Source of the DNA: Fimicolochytrium jonesii | Taxonomy: Eukaryota | NCBI RefSeq assembly: GCF_025526975.1 | Contig: NW_026515670.1 | Span: 1,488,001 to 1,552,000, forward strand | Reading direction: 5' to 3' | DNA: 64,000 nucleotides | Shown: in pieces, positions 1-9,671 of the stretch | Layout: every line of letters starts with the position of its first letter | Position numbering within the stretch: position 1 is the first letter of the stretch | Translations under genes and position numbers: made by a program | Notes under the pieces: generated by a model | The model's input: only the letters and a program-made list of their open reading frames with translations | Told to the model about the DNA's origin: nothing | The model's database searches: none

Positions 1-262
1 ACTGGGGATGGGGTGGCTACGCTGAGGCTGTGGGCGGGTACGTGGGGAAGTATGGAGAAGGGTTTGTAAGCGCCGAGTGTTGGGAAATGTGGCTACGTGC
101 GGCTGCGTGGAAAAATGAAGGCAGTGGCAGGTGTGGGGTAGCGCGGCTGCGTGCGGCTGCGAGGTTTGGCAGATGTCAGGTTTTGACAGGGAATTGACAT
201 TGACTGACTGTTGGGATGCTGTCATGAGGTAAGCGCATGGTATGGACGCGTCGTCCATAACA
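1..262 (-). repeat. 3' LTR (partial) of the chromovirus
   Basis: Direct repeat of 5342-5603. Starts TGTTATGG on the minus strand straight after the PPT. Confidence 0.96.
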
Positions 263-276
263 TCACCCCCTCCTTT
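263..276 (-). promoter_or_regulatory. Polypurine tract (plus-strand primer)
   Basis: AAAGGAGGGGGTGA on the minus strand immediately before the 3' LTR TG. Confidence 0.85.
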
Positions 277-3200
277 AGCCACGGCGTCCGGATGTTGTTT
301 TGATGTTGGCAGGCTTTGGTCGGGGTTTGTCGTGGTACTTTTGGTGGAACTGGGCAACAAGCTCTTGACAGCGGGCAAGGTGTTCCACTGGCTCCCATGT
401 GTTCTCCGAGCTTGGCCAACCCTGCCACTTGATGAGGTACTGAAGGTGCGTGCGTCGAATACGGGAGTCAAGAATGTCTTCCACAATCTATTCCTCCTGT
501 CCTTCGACTTCTTCTGGTGGGGTGGGTTCTGGCTCAGTTCGCTCCGGAATGGTGAAACGTGGTTCAAGAAGGGAGACATGGAAGACGTTGTGAATTTTGT
601 AGGATGGGGGAAGCTTGAGGCGATATGTGATCGAGTTGATCTTCTCCGTGATTGTGAAGGGGCCAATCTTACGGTGATCAAGTTTCTGGGAAGGTCGGAG
701 AGTCTTGAGATTCCGTTGTAAGAGCCAGACACTGTCCCCGGGTTTCATGTCTGGGCCAGGTGCCCTCTTAGCATCGGCAAAGCGCTTCATGCGTCCTTGG
801 GCCTCCTTGAGCTCAGTGGCAAGCTGTTCATGGATTTCCTTGAGATGGTTGGCACGAGCTTCGGCTGCAGGATTAAGGGATTCGGTTGTGGTGGCGGAAG
901 CCAGACTGAATCGAGGATGGAACCCATAGTTGGCGTAGAAGGGGGTTGTCTGGGTGGCGGAGTGGATGGTGTTATTGTAAGAGAACTCAGCAGAAGACAA
1001 GAGTTCCTTCCAGTTATCTTGTTGATAGTTGCAAAAGCAGCGAAGGTATTGCTCAAGAATCTGATTGGTCCGCTCGGTTTGTCCATCGCTCTGGGGATGG
1101 AACGCCGATGAGAGGTTGACCTTGGTTCCCAGGAGAGCGAAGAGACGTTTCCAGAAGTGGGGGTTGAACTGTGGGCCACGGTCAGATACAATATCGTTGG
1201 GGAGTCCATGGAGCCGGATGACATGGTGCCAGATCAGATCTGCAGTTGACTCAGCGGTGGCAGTTTTCCTGCACGGTACAAAGTGCGCCATCTTGGTGAA
1301 CCGGCAGATGACAACGAGCACAGAATCAACCCCATCACTGGCGGGTAGATCCGTGATGAAGTCCATGGAAATTGACCCCCAGGGGCGGTCAGGGACCTGC
1401 AGGGGTTGGAGGAGACCGTAGGGCTTGTGTCTGCTGGTCTTGGCTTGAGCACATACGTCGCAGGACCTGATGTAGGACTTGACAAAACGCCATTGGCTAG
1501 GCCACCAGTAGTTGCGTGAGATGAGCTCCAGGGTGTTTGACATGCCGTAGTGTCCTGCCAAACGCGTGTCATGCATGTCCCGGCAGATCTCAGCACGGAG
1601 CTTGTTGGTGGGGACGTAGACAAGGTTGTCGTACAGCAGAACCCCATTTTCCTCGGAGAATCGCTTTATCCGTTCTTGGTCTTCTTGAGATTGCTGGGAG
1701 CCCTAAGCTGTCGCCGGATGGTTTGCGCAAACACATCGGATGCCAGGGCAGCTTTGATTTGGTCAAGGAGCGAGGAGTCCAGTGGGGTCAGATAAGTGGC
1801 GGCCAGGCGGAGATGGTCAGGGGTGAGGATCGTGGTTTCCTGGGAGTGGAATGCTTCTTCCCCCTCCCTTAGCTCGTATTCAGAGCGACGAGAGAGGGCG
1901 TCAGCTTGGTGTTGCTGGGTACCAGGGCGGTATGTGATGACAAAGTCGAAATCAGCAAAGAAGATTGACCAGCGGGATTGGCGGCGGTTGAGGGTACGGG
2001 TAGTCATGAAGTACTGGAGGTTCTTGTGGTCACAGTAAACGATGACCTTGTGGCGGGCACCAATGAGGTGGTGTCGCCATTGAGCAAATGAGTCTTGGAT
2101 AGCCAGGAGTTCCTTGTCATAGATCTCATAGTTGATTTCCTCAGGAGTAAATTTGCGGGAGTGAAAGGCCACGGGGTGGAGTTGATCTGTGTCGTTGGGT
2201 TGAAGGAGGACGGCGCCAAGGGCAAAGTCGGAGGCATCGGATTCGACAATGAAGGGCTTGTCAGGGTCGGGGTGAGTCAGGATAGGTGCGGAGGTGAAGG
2301 CTTTCTTGAGGGTTTCAAAAGCTAGGTGTGCAGCGTGGGTCCATTTGAATGGCAAGTCTTTGCGAGTGAGCGTGGTCAGGGGTGCAACGATCGCAGAGTA
2401 CCCTTTGATGAATCGCCGGTAGAAGTTGGCAAAACCAAGGAAGCGCTGGATGCCTTTGACATTCGTCGGGGGTTCCCATTCGGTAATGGCAGCCGTCTTC
2501 TTTGGGTCCATGGAAATGCCTTGCTGGGAGATGATAAACCCCAGGAACTCAACAGAGTCACGGTTGAATTCGCATTTTTCCGGTTTCGCATACAGCCCGT
2601 GCTGGCGGAGCCGTGAGAGCACCTCTCGGACGTGGTTGGGGTGGTCTTCTGGGTTTTTTGAGAAGATCAGAATGTCGTCAAGGTAGACCACAACAAAAAC
2701 GTCGAGAATGTCACGGAATATGTCGTTCATGAGGTGTTGGAATACTCCAGGGGCATTGGTGAGCCCAAACGGCATGACATTATACTCGAATAGGCCGTAG
2801 CGACATCGGAACGCTGTCTTCCATTCATCCCCTGGCCGGATCCGAAGAAGGTTGTAGGCTCCCCGGAGGTCAATCTTGGTGAGCCGGCGTGCCCCTCGAA
2901 GACGATCCACGATGCTGTTAATCAAGGGCAAGGGATAGCGATTCTTGATGGTGATATTGTTGAGTCCACGATAGTCGACGCACAGACGGAGGGAACCGTC
3001 CTTTTTCTTGACAAAGAGGACTGGGGCACCGGCGGGAGACTTGGAGTGCTTGATGAACCCCTTAGCTAGGTTCTCTTCAAGGTAGTCACAGAGTGCCTGC
3101 ATTTCAGGCTCGCTGAGACTATAGATCGGGCCGAACGGTGGCTGTTTGCCCTCTTCTAAGTCGATGGGACACTCGTAGGGTCGGTGCTCTGGGAGGGTAT

Positions 3201-4122
3201 CCGCGTTCTTCTTGGCGAAGACGTCCGCAAAATCTTGGTATTCTTCAGGAATGATGGCCTTCGGATCTTTTGGAGGAGTGGTCGCCAGGGCTTGGGAATC
3301 TGACTTGGTCGGATTGGCGTAGGCAATGAATGCCTGGTCATGCCTTGCCGCCACACGGAAAGCTGGGGCGCTGATAAACGATACGTGGATCGGTGTGGGT
3401 GCTGGGTCCAGTGTGTTGGGTGTCTGGGCTAGGGAGACTGAAATCTCGTCTTGATGGATACGGATCAGAGGTTCAGGGGTTCTTGAGGGCTTTGGGCTAG
3501 GTTCTGTTGGCAGGGCATCCCAGGAGGCGTATTGTCCAAAACCGCAATGGCAGCGGACGCAAAGAGTGCGAGTCTTCCGGTGTAGCTCCACATCATGGAG
3601 CTCAAACCAGGGAAGCCCCAGGATGATTGGCGCATGCGGGGAACATGTCACATGGAATACCATCTCCTCAAAATGGTCGTTGACCCACATGCCCAAAGGT
3701 TGGGTGTGATGGGTAATGGAGCCCGCATGGCTGGGACGTCCGTCAACCAGTTCAAGCGCAATGGGGTCCTCCTTCTTGACAAGTGGGATGCGGTGCTTGC
3801 GGGCATAACTTTCGTCGATGAAGCACAACATCGCACCGTTGTCAAGTAGTGCTGAAAGCTGAACTGGAGCTCGCTGGGCCGATATCTGCAGGGTAACAGG
3901 GTACTCAAATGGTGAGGATGGGCCCAAAATCCGCATGGGTGCGGGTATCTCAGATCGGAGATTGACATTGTTGGTGGTCAGGAGAAGGGTGTTGCTGGAG
4001 ATGCCAGGATCGGAGCAAGGTTTTGTGGCTTCTCCCTTGGCAGTACTTGCGTGGTGAGAAGGCCCAGGACAGGTGTTGCCCAGCTGCTCGGCCTTTACTG
4101 CAGCTGGACTTGGGCAAAATCC
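275..4122 (-). pseudogene. pol: pol polyprotein (protease, RT, RNase H, integrase, chromodomain), disrupted
   Basis: Protease LLDNGA (canonical D-S/T-G altered). RT YLDDILIFS. RNase H ESDASD..LGAVL. Integrase HDTRLAGH..CDVC, SMDF, SDRG, GQTERTN, GPF. Chromodomain QYLIKWQGWPSSENTWEP. Frameshift near 1670-1700 and in-frame TAG at 488-490. Confidence 0.93.
4059..4122 (-). promoter_or_regulatory. Putative -1 programmed ribosomal frameshift signal (slippery heptamer plus H-type pseudoknot)
   Basis: G GAT TTT at 4122-4116, a 6-nt spacer, stem GTCCAGCTGC/GCAGCTGGGC, and loop AAGGCC pairing with downstream GGCCTT. The pol frame is open in -1 from this point. Confidence 0.75.
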
Positions 4123-5021
4123 TGGATGGGTGCAGGTTCCTTAACCGCGACATTCGCCGTGCGTATCTTGTTTGGGCAGAGTTTGGCTATGTGGCCAGGT
4201 TTACCACAATAGAGGCAAAGTTTGTTTGTGATGCGGTGTTGGCGCTCTAGCGGTGTGAGGGGTCCTCGCGGACGAGCAGCGTCAATGACCATAGGGTCGT
4301 CTGGGCGGTTGTCGGGGCTCATAAGGGTGGGGCTAGTGGTAACTGGCACATATGGCTGTCGGTTCCTGCTTTGCTCTAGACGGCGCTCAAACAATCGGTT
4401 GTCACATTGGATGGCCTGTTCCATCACGGTGTCGATTGAGGCGGTAGGGGGCATCGTGAGCATTAAGTCCTTGACGTCTTCTTTGAGGCCGCGACGGAAG
4501 GTGGCAATCAATGCCTGGTCATTCCACGACACATCGCATTGCAGCTGTCGGAATTCAGCTACATACTCTGTTGCTGCACGGGTTTGTCGAAGGTTCTGGA
4601 GCTTGTTTTCGGACGTGCGGATCCTGTCGCTGTCTCCAAAGACTGCTTGCATTTGCTGGATGAAATCATCCAGGTTCGTAAGGGAATGATGGTCTTGTTC
4701 GACAAGGGGCGCCAGCCAGGCCTGGGCGGTGCCAGTGAGGTAGGTGCCAATAGTTCGTATCTTGGTCTGATCGTTGGGGTAGCGCCTGGGTTGGAGGGCG
4801 AACATGAGCCGGATCTGGTTGAGGAACCCACGGAACTTGCTTCGGGTGCCATCAAATTTGTCTGGGAGACTGATTTTGGGTTCGGGGGCGTGAGTGGCAG
4901 GGGCAGTGGTCTGGGTTTGCGCTAGTTCGGCTTGTAGGGTGGTATTCTGCGCTCGAAGTTCGTCAATCGCATTGCACATGGCTTGCCAGGCTTCGGCCGT
5001 GAGGGGAAGGGCGTCGGACAT
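4095..5021 (-). CDS. gag: Gag (Ty3 capsid-like domain plus CCHC zinc knuckle)
   Basis: PEPKISLPDKFDGTRSKFRGF capsid motif and CLYCGKPGHIAKLC knuckle. First ATG at 5021 (the ORF track starts at GTG 5042). Confidence 0.93.
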   Translation of the reverse strand: MSDALPLTAEAWQAMCNAIDELRAQNTTLQAELAQTQTTAPATHAPEPKISLPDKFDGTRSKFRGFLNQIRLMFALQPRRYPNDQTKIRTIGTYLTGTAQAWLAPLVEQDHHSLTNLDDFIQQMQAVFGDSDRIRTSENKLQNLRQTRAATEYVAEFRQLQCDVSWNDQALIATFRRGLKEDVKDLMLTMPPTASIDTVMEQAIQCDNRLFERRLEQSRNRQPYVPVTTSPTLMSPDNRPDDPMVIDAARPRGPLTPLERQHRITNKLCLYCGKPGHIAKLCPNKIRTANVAVKEPAPIQDFAQVQLQ

Positions 5022-5072
5022 GGTGATTTGGCGTGGAGGCACAGCGGCTGGGGGTTGTTGAGCAGATCAAAC

Positions 5073-5603
5073 TGTTAAGAATGGGCAGAGCCGACGGAAA
5101 TAGAGGCGACTTGTGGTGCAGGTTGTTGACAGGTAATGGTATTCAGACCGAAACAAGAACTAGAACAAGACTAGGAAGAACTGGTGTTGATCTGCTGGGG
5201 GATCAGGAAGTGGGGAGCTCAGGGGAGGCGGCTATTTATGCTTTTCTGGGAAGGCTGGGGAAGCGTGGGGAAGCAGAAGGGTACGGAATGAGAGGGAAGC
5301 CAAGAGAAGCGCCAAGGGTGGGGGAAGCATAGAAACAGAAGACTGGGGATGGGGTGGCTACGCTGAGGCTGTGGGCGGGTACGTGGGGAAGTATGGAGAA
5401 GGGTTTGTAAGCGCCGAGTGTTGGGAGGTGTGGCTACGTGCGGCTGCGTGGAGAAATGAAGGCAGTGGCAGGTGTGGGGTAGCGCGGCTGCGTGCGGCTG
5501 CGAGGTTTGGCAGATGTCAGGTTTTGACAGGGAATTGACATTGACTGACTGTTGGGATGCTGTCATGAGGTAAGCGCATGGTATGGACGCGTCGTCCATA
5601 ACA
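5073..5603 (-). repeat. 5' LTR (531 bp) of the chromovirus
   Basis: Inverted TGTTA/TAACA termini, TATA-like ATAAATA at about 5238-5232, and a match to window bases 1-262. Confidence 0.92.
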
Positions 5604-5719
5604 GGCAGGTGCGGACCATGATTAGCCAAAAGAGGAAGCCGCAGGGGGGGGGGGGGGGGGTTCCGCTTCCTGTTGCCCGGGGGGGGGGGGGGTGGATAAA
5701 TATACAGGATGCAACTCAC

Positions 5720-6829
5720 CTAAATATGGCATTGCGTCCACCGCGAGGCTGTACGCAAGCAGCTCATCCTGGGGAGGAAACAGAGCCCATAACTCGTCGA
5801 GATGGTCCGCTCAAGTCGTGTGAGGCGCGCAAGCTCCTCTTCGGTTGGGTACTCTTCAAACGTCGCGTACTTTGTAAATTGACGGACACGACGATAATAG
5901 TGTCGCCGCTGCCCTCTCAGGAGATGCAGTACAACTTGCTTCAAACCAAGCCTTTCATTGACGTAGCGCAGAAACATTTGCATGAAATGCTCTTGTACGT
6001 TAACTTTGAGGTTTGTGAGGATGCTCGTAGCCGTGTACGCTGCGGTCTGTTGGCAATTTCGCATGCGGATGGGGGCGAATCCGTGAACATTACAGTACTC
6101 TTGAACCCGGCCGCAACTCTTGCGCGATGACCGGATTGCCGTTGTAGCCTGGATTGTTTAGTAGCTCAAATATGACACTAATGTGCTTGTCGGTGATGTC
6201 CGGGAAATCGTGTAGAGGATGATCAGCTGTGGTGGGGTGGGCAGATGTAGTAGTCAGGACATTGTTTCAAGGGAAATATACAGTGTAGTGTGCGCCAAAA
6301 ACTCACCAAGGTAGTACTTCAGGAAGAAGGTGGTGTGGCGCGCAAGGATGTGAACATTGCCGATGAATGTTCTCAGGCGCTCCCTTTGAACTTGATTCTG
6401 ATGATTCTGATTATGGATTCGATGAAGAGAAACCTTGGTGCAGGCATGCGTCTGCGGGCGGGGCCGTTGAGCAGGGGGTGGAGGCGGGGGTGGAGGCGGG
6501 GGTGGAGGCGGGGGTTCAAGCACCAGGGATCCACCCGGTGTGCTGGGAAAAGGGAAAGGATAAGAGCGGGGAGGTTCAACGGACGCTGCAGACCCCTTTC
6601 CACAGGTGAAAGCCCTCGCTGTTGGTGCTGCCCGTGTCATCGCCGGAACTCTCGCTGACCATGTCTGCAATGGCTTCGGGCAAGTGGCGCTGGACAGACG
6701 GTGGGAACTGGAATCGCGGGGGTTGCAAAGGTGTCTGCACAGTTGGCAGACGTATGGGCAACCGCGGGGTAACCGGAGCAACCTTCCTCCTCTTCCGCCG
6801 TGGTGTGGTTGATCCAGTAAATATGCCAC
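5720..6829 (-). pseudogene. Fanzor1 (eukaryotic TnpB/Cas12-like OMEGA nuclease), N-terminal WED/REC portion, spliced and frameshifted
   Basis: Reconstructed peptide: THACTKVSLHRI..RERLRTFIGNVHILARHTTFFLKYYL|ADHPLHDFPDITDKHISVIFELLN..VQEYCNVHGFAPIRMRNCQQTAAYTATSILTNLKVNVQEHFMQMFLRYVNERLGLK..LTRLERTI/LDELWALFPPQDELLAYSLAVDAMPYL. This is colinear with the Spizellomyces punctatus Fanzor1 N-terminus as I recall it (TNLKVNVQEHFMQM motif). Intron at 6227-6306, frameshifts near 6107 and 5800, next intron donor at 5719. The recognisable core is 5720-6451. Confidence 0.85.
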
Positions 6830-7546
6830 ACCACAGGTACCCCTGGAGCGCTTGGTGTGATGACATGATGACTGTGCTGTGCCTTAAGTCAGTCGAGAGA
6901 GGTGTTGCAGTTGATTGCCGTGATACCTGTGTGTCAAAGAACTCGCGTCAGTGCTGTGGTCATGAAGCTGAAGACGGTGAGGAATTGCGGTTGTTACCTG
7001 GTGGCGGTTGAAGGTGAAAACGGGGATGCTTACTGCTCACAATAATTGCGTTGGGAAGGAAGGGGGTTGGGAAGGAGTAGAGTGGGGATCCCACGTTTTT
7101 TACACGCGTGTAAAGGATGTGAGGTAGCTTCCAGGGCAGCTAGCTGGGCAGCGAGGGTAGCTTCTGGGGTTGATTTTGGCTCGAGCTCTCTCTTTCCCTT
7201 ATCCCCTGGATGCATGCGCCATTTGCGCGAACCCAGGTCTCTGCCCTCATCGTGCTGTGGAACTCGTTACTTTTATTCCCCTTCACACACACCACTCGTT
7301 TTATAGACGTTCGATCGGACAGTCTGCACACACCAGCTTTCTAACTGCAGAGAGGAAAAGGGGTACGGTACTATAAAAGGAAGCTGTGGCTGAAACAGGT
7401 TGTTTTACAACACTCCCTCTCAGACTGCAGATCGAATTCAGTCGCCGTCGAAGTCGCAGTCGCCATTGCTCCGCATCCTGATCTCATTGAACGTTCCGCT
7501 CTCAACTTCCGCGATTGCTTGAGTCCAGCGAGGAGTAGTCGCCGGG

Positions 7547-7740
7547 CTCGCGATTCGCTTTTCAACTTCAAGTCAGGATCGCTTGAGGTGTAGCCTGGAT
7601 ATGGGCACTCGCGATTCGCTTTTCAACTTCAAGTCAGGATCGCTTGAGGTGTAGCCTGGATATGGGCACTCGCGGTTCGCTTTTCAACTTCAAGTCAGGA
7701 TCGCTTGAGGTGTAGCCTGGATATGGGCACTCGCGGTTCG
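7547..7740. repeat. Tandem repeat, 61-bp unit, about 3.2 copies
   Basis: Units start at 7547, 7608, 7669 and 7730 (CTCGCG(A/G)TTCGCTTTTCAACTTCAAGTCAGGATCGCTTGAGGTGTAGCCTGGATATGGGCA). Confidence 0.97.
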
Positions 7741-8227
7741 TTATTCATCTTCCGCCATCGCCTCGCCGTCATAGTCGTGGATGTCTCGGTAAAAACCTCT
7801 CCCAGTCGTAAAAAAAAACCTCCGTGAGGAAAAAATAGATCCTGGGAGTAGGAAAAGAGCGCATCGTCGTATCAGGCAACATCGGCAGTTCGGCGTACTC
7901 ATTGTCATCGGGCAACATCGGCTGTTCGACGCAATCCTAGAGCGTGAACAAATTTCCAGTGTTTGTTTTCGTCTAGGGATTTGGTAAATATATCCGCAAC
8001 GTTGTCGATATATTTGTCAATATATTTTTCTTCTCGAGTGACATATAAATAACAGATAACCCTAGCCCCTTCCCTTTCCTTTCCTTTATCTCTTTTGAGC
8101 TATCGAGTGCTATGGCTGAAAGCTACGGTGGGAGGGGGGGATGTTCCGATGAAGAACTATATCGGGAGCGCAGTTTCTATGTACAAAAAACCCACATTCC
8201 GCTCACAACCACATGTTCACGAAATCC

Positions 8228-8570
8228 TCACTCTTCATCGCTACTGCTATCGCTGCTATCGCTGCTATCGCTATCACTCCCACTCTCCTCCTCCTCCCCA
8301 CCCTCCTTCGTTTCCTCACCCGTCTCCGCCTCACGCAGCGCCGCCATCGGAGTATTCCCCCTCTCCCACCCACCCCTCTGCACCACCTCCCACGGCCCGC
8401 CTTTATCCAGATTAACCACCCACAGATCATCCAAGGTATGCTCCGACTTCTTATCCTCAAACAGCCCGCCGTAGAGTATCAGCTGAGACTTGTAGGTAGC
8501 CAGCATCGCGTTGTAGCGGGGGTGGGGCTGGGACGGGTCTATCGCCGCGGGGGTCGCTGCCGCTGGGAGG
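8228..8570 (-). pseudogene. KEL3: Orphan 3' fragment of a Kel3/KLHDC4-like kelch-repeat gene
   Basis: PHPRYNAMLATYKSQLILYGGLFEDKKSEHTLDDLWVVNLDK (last kelch blade) plus an acidic tail. No upstream exons recognisable in the window. Confidence 0.7.
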
Positions 8571-8963
8571 ATTTCTCTTATGTACACTCTGCCCCCCCAG
8601 AGAACGCCCCTTGTCGGATTTGACATTCCATCTCAGCGTCAGATGGGTTGATGTGGTGTAGAACTTCCTCAGCTGTACTTTCGGTATGGCTCCGAACTCA
8701 ATCTGGGAATCGCGGTTGGCCAGACACGTCGCCAAGGCCCGTCCGTCACATCAGGAAAATCCTACGTACTGTCAAGTTCCGGCAACGGTTGCTCCTATCG
8801 ATTTCATTGCTAATATGCATCACAAGCGCAGCAGGCACAACTACGATACTCTTTGCGAACCACTTGCGGCGACGTCGAGGCTTTGCAGATTTGTCAGGGC
8901 GAGTTATGGCCGATAAACGACGGAGACCAGATCGGGACGCGCCCGGCTGTCTACTCCCAAACG

Positions 8964-9200
8964 ATGGCCTCCAAAACGCTCCCCACCGAGCTCATTGAGC
9001 ACATTCTAGAGTACCTGCCGCTTCCCCGACGCTTTCGCTGCGCCCGTCGCCTTTCGATTGTTACATACCCGGGACCGATGCGTTCCCCTATTGCGTCACG
9101 CGGACAGATTGGGCCTCCAACAGGGGTCTGGTCTCGCTTTTGGAATGGTGGGCCGCGAGTTCGTTGTTGTTTGCGTACATGGCCGTCGCTTGTAGTGAGA
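8964..9200 (+). pseudogene. F-box plus ankyrin-like repeat gene remnant
   Basis: MASKTLPTELIEHILEYLP (F-box consensus), then in another frame DWASNRGLVSLLEWWAASSL (fungal ankyrin-like repeat). Confidence 0.55.
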
Positions 9201-9671
9201 GGGAGGGGGGTCGTCGCCCATCCTTGGTCCCTCTTAATGTTGTTGAAAATCTGAGTTCGGCACCCTCACCACACAACACATTATGGGCAAGATTCCCTGC
9301 ATGGTGTACTGTACTTAGTTCATCTGGACGAGGAGAAAACGTCAGGGGAATTTCACCTCGTGCTGTTTTGTCACCGAACATTCTATACTACTACGAGCTC
9401 CTCCTCTCCACGACGGTCGGCCCTCTGCACTCTGGGCAGGCAGTTCACAAGAAACAAGGTTGTGTGGTTGACCGACAATTCGGCCACCAGCATTTGAGCC
9501 TCGGGCTAAACGCTGCTTGATGCCTCCATACAGTATGCCCTGCCATATGCCATCTACATACCCTCGCGGGCCGCAATTGCGAGCCCCTAAGTTATAATAT
9601 CTCGCGCTGAAGGCTGTTATTGGCTGTTACTCGCGCCTACCCCCTACTCCCCCTACTCTACCCCTCCCCTC

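Larger units (their letters stand above)
1..5603 (-). mobile_element. Ty3/gypsy chromovirus LTR retrotransposon (Tf1/sushi-like); 3' LTR runs off the window edge
   Basis: 5' LTR at 5073-5603 (TGTTA...TAACA). The partial 3' LTR at 1-262 matches 5342-5603 with 3 substitutions. PPT at 263-276. Domain order is gag, PR, RT, RH, IN, chromodomain. Confidence 0.97.

Noticed and set aside
7547..7740. CRISPR array
   Set aside because: The units are contiguous near-identical 61-mers with no unique spacers, and there are no cas genes.
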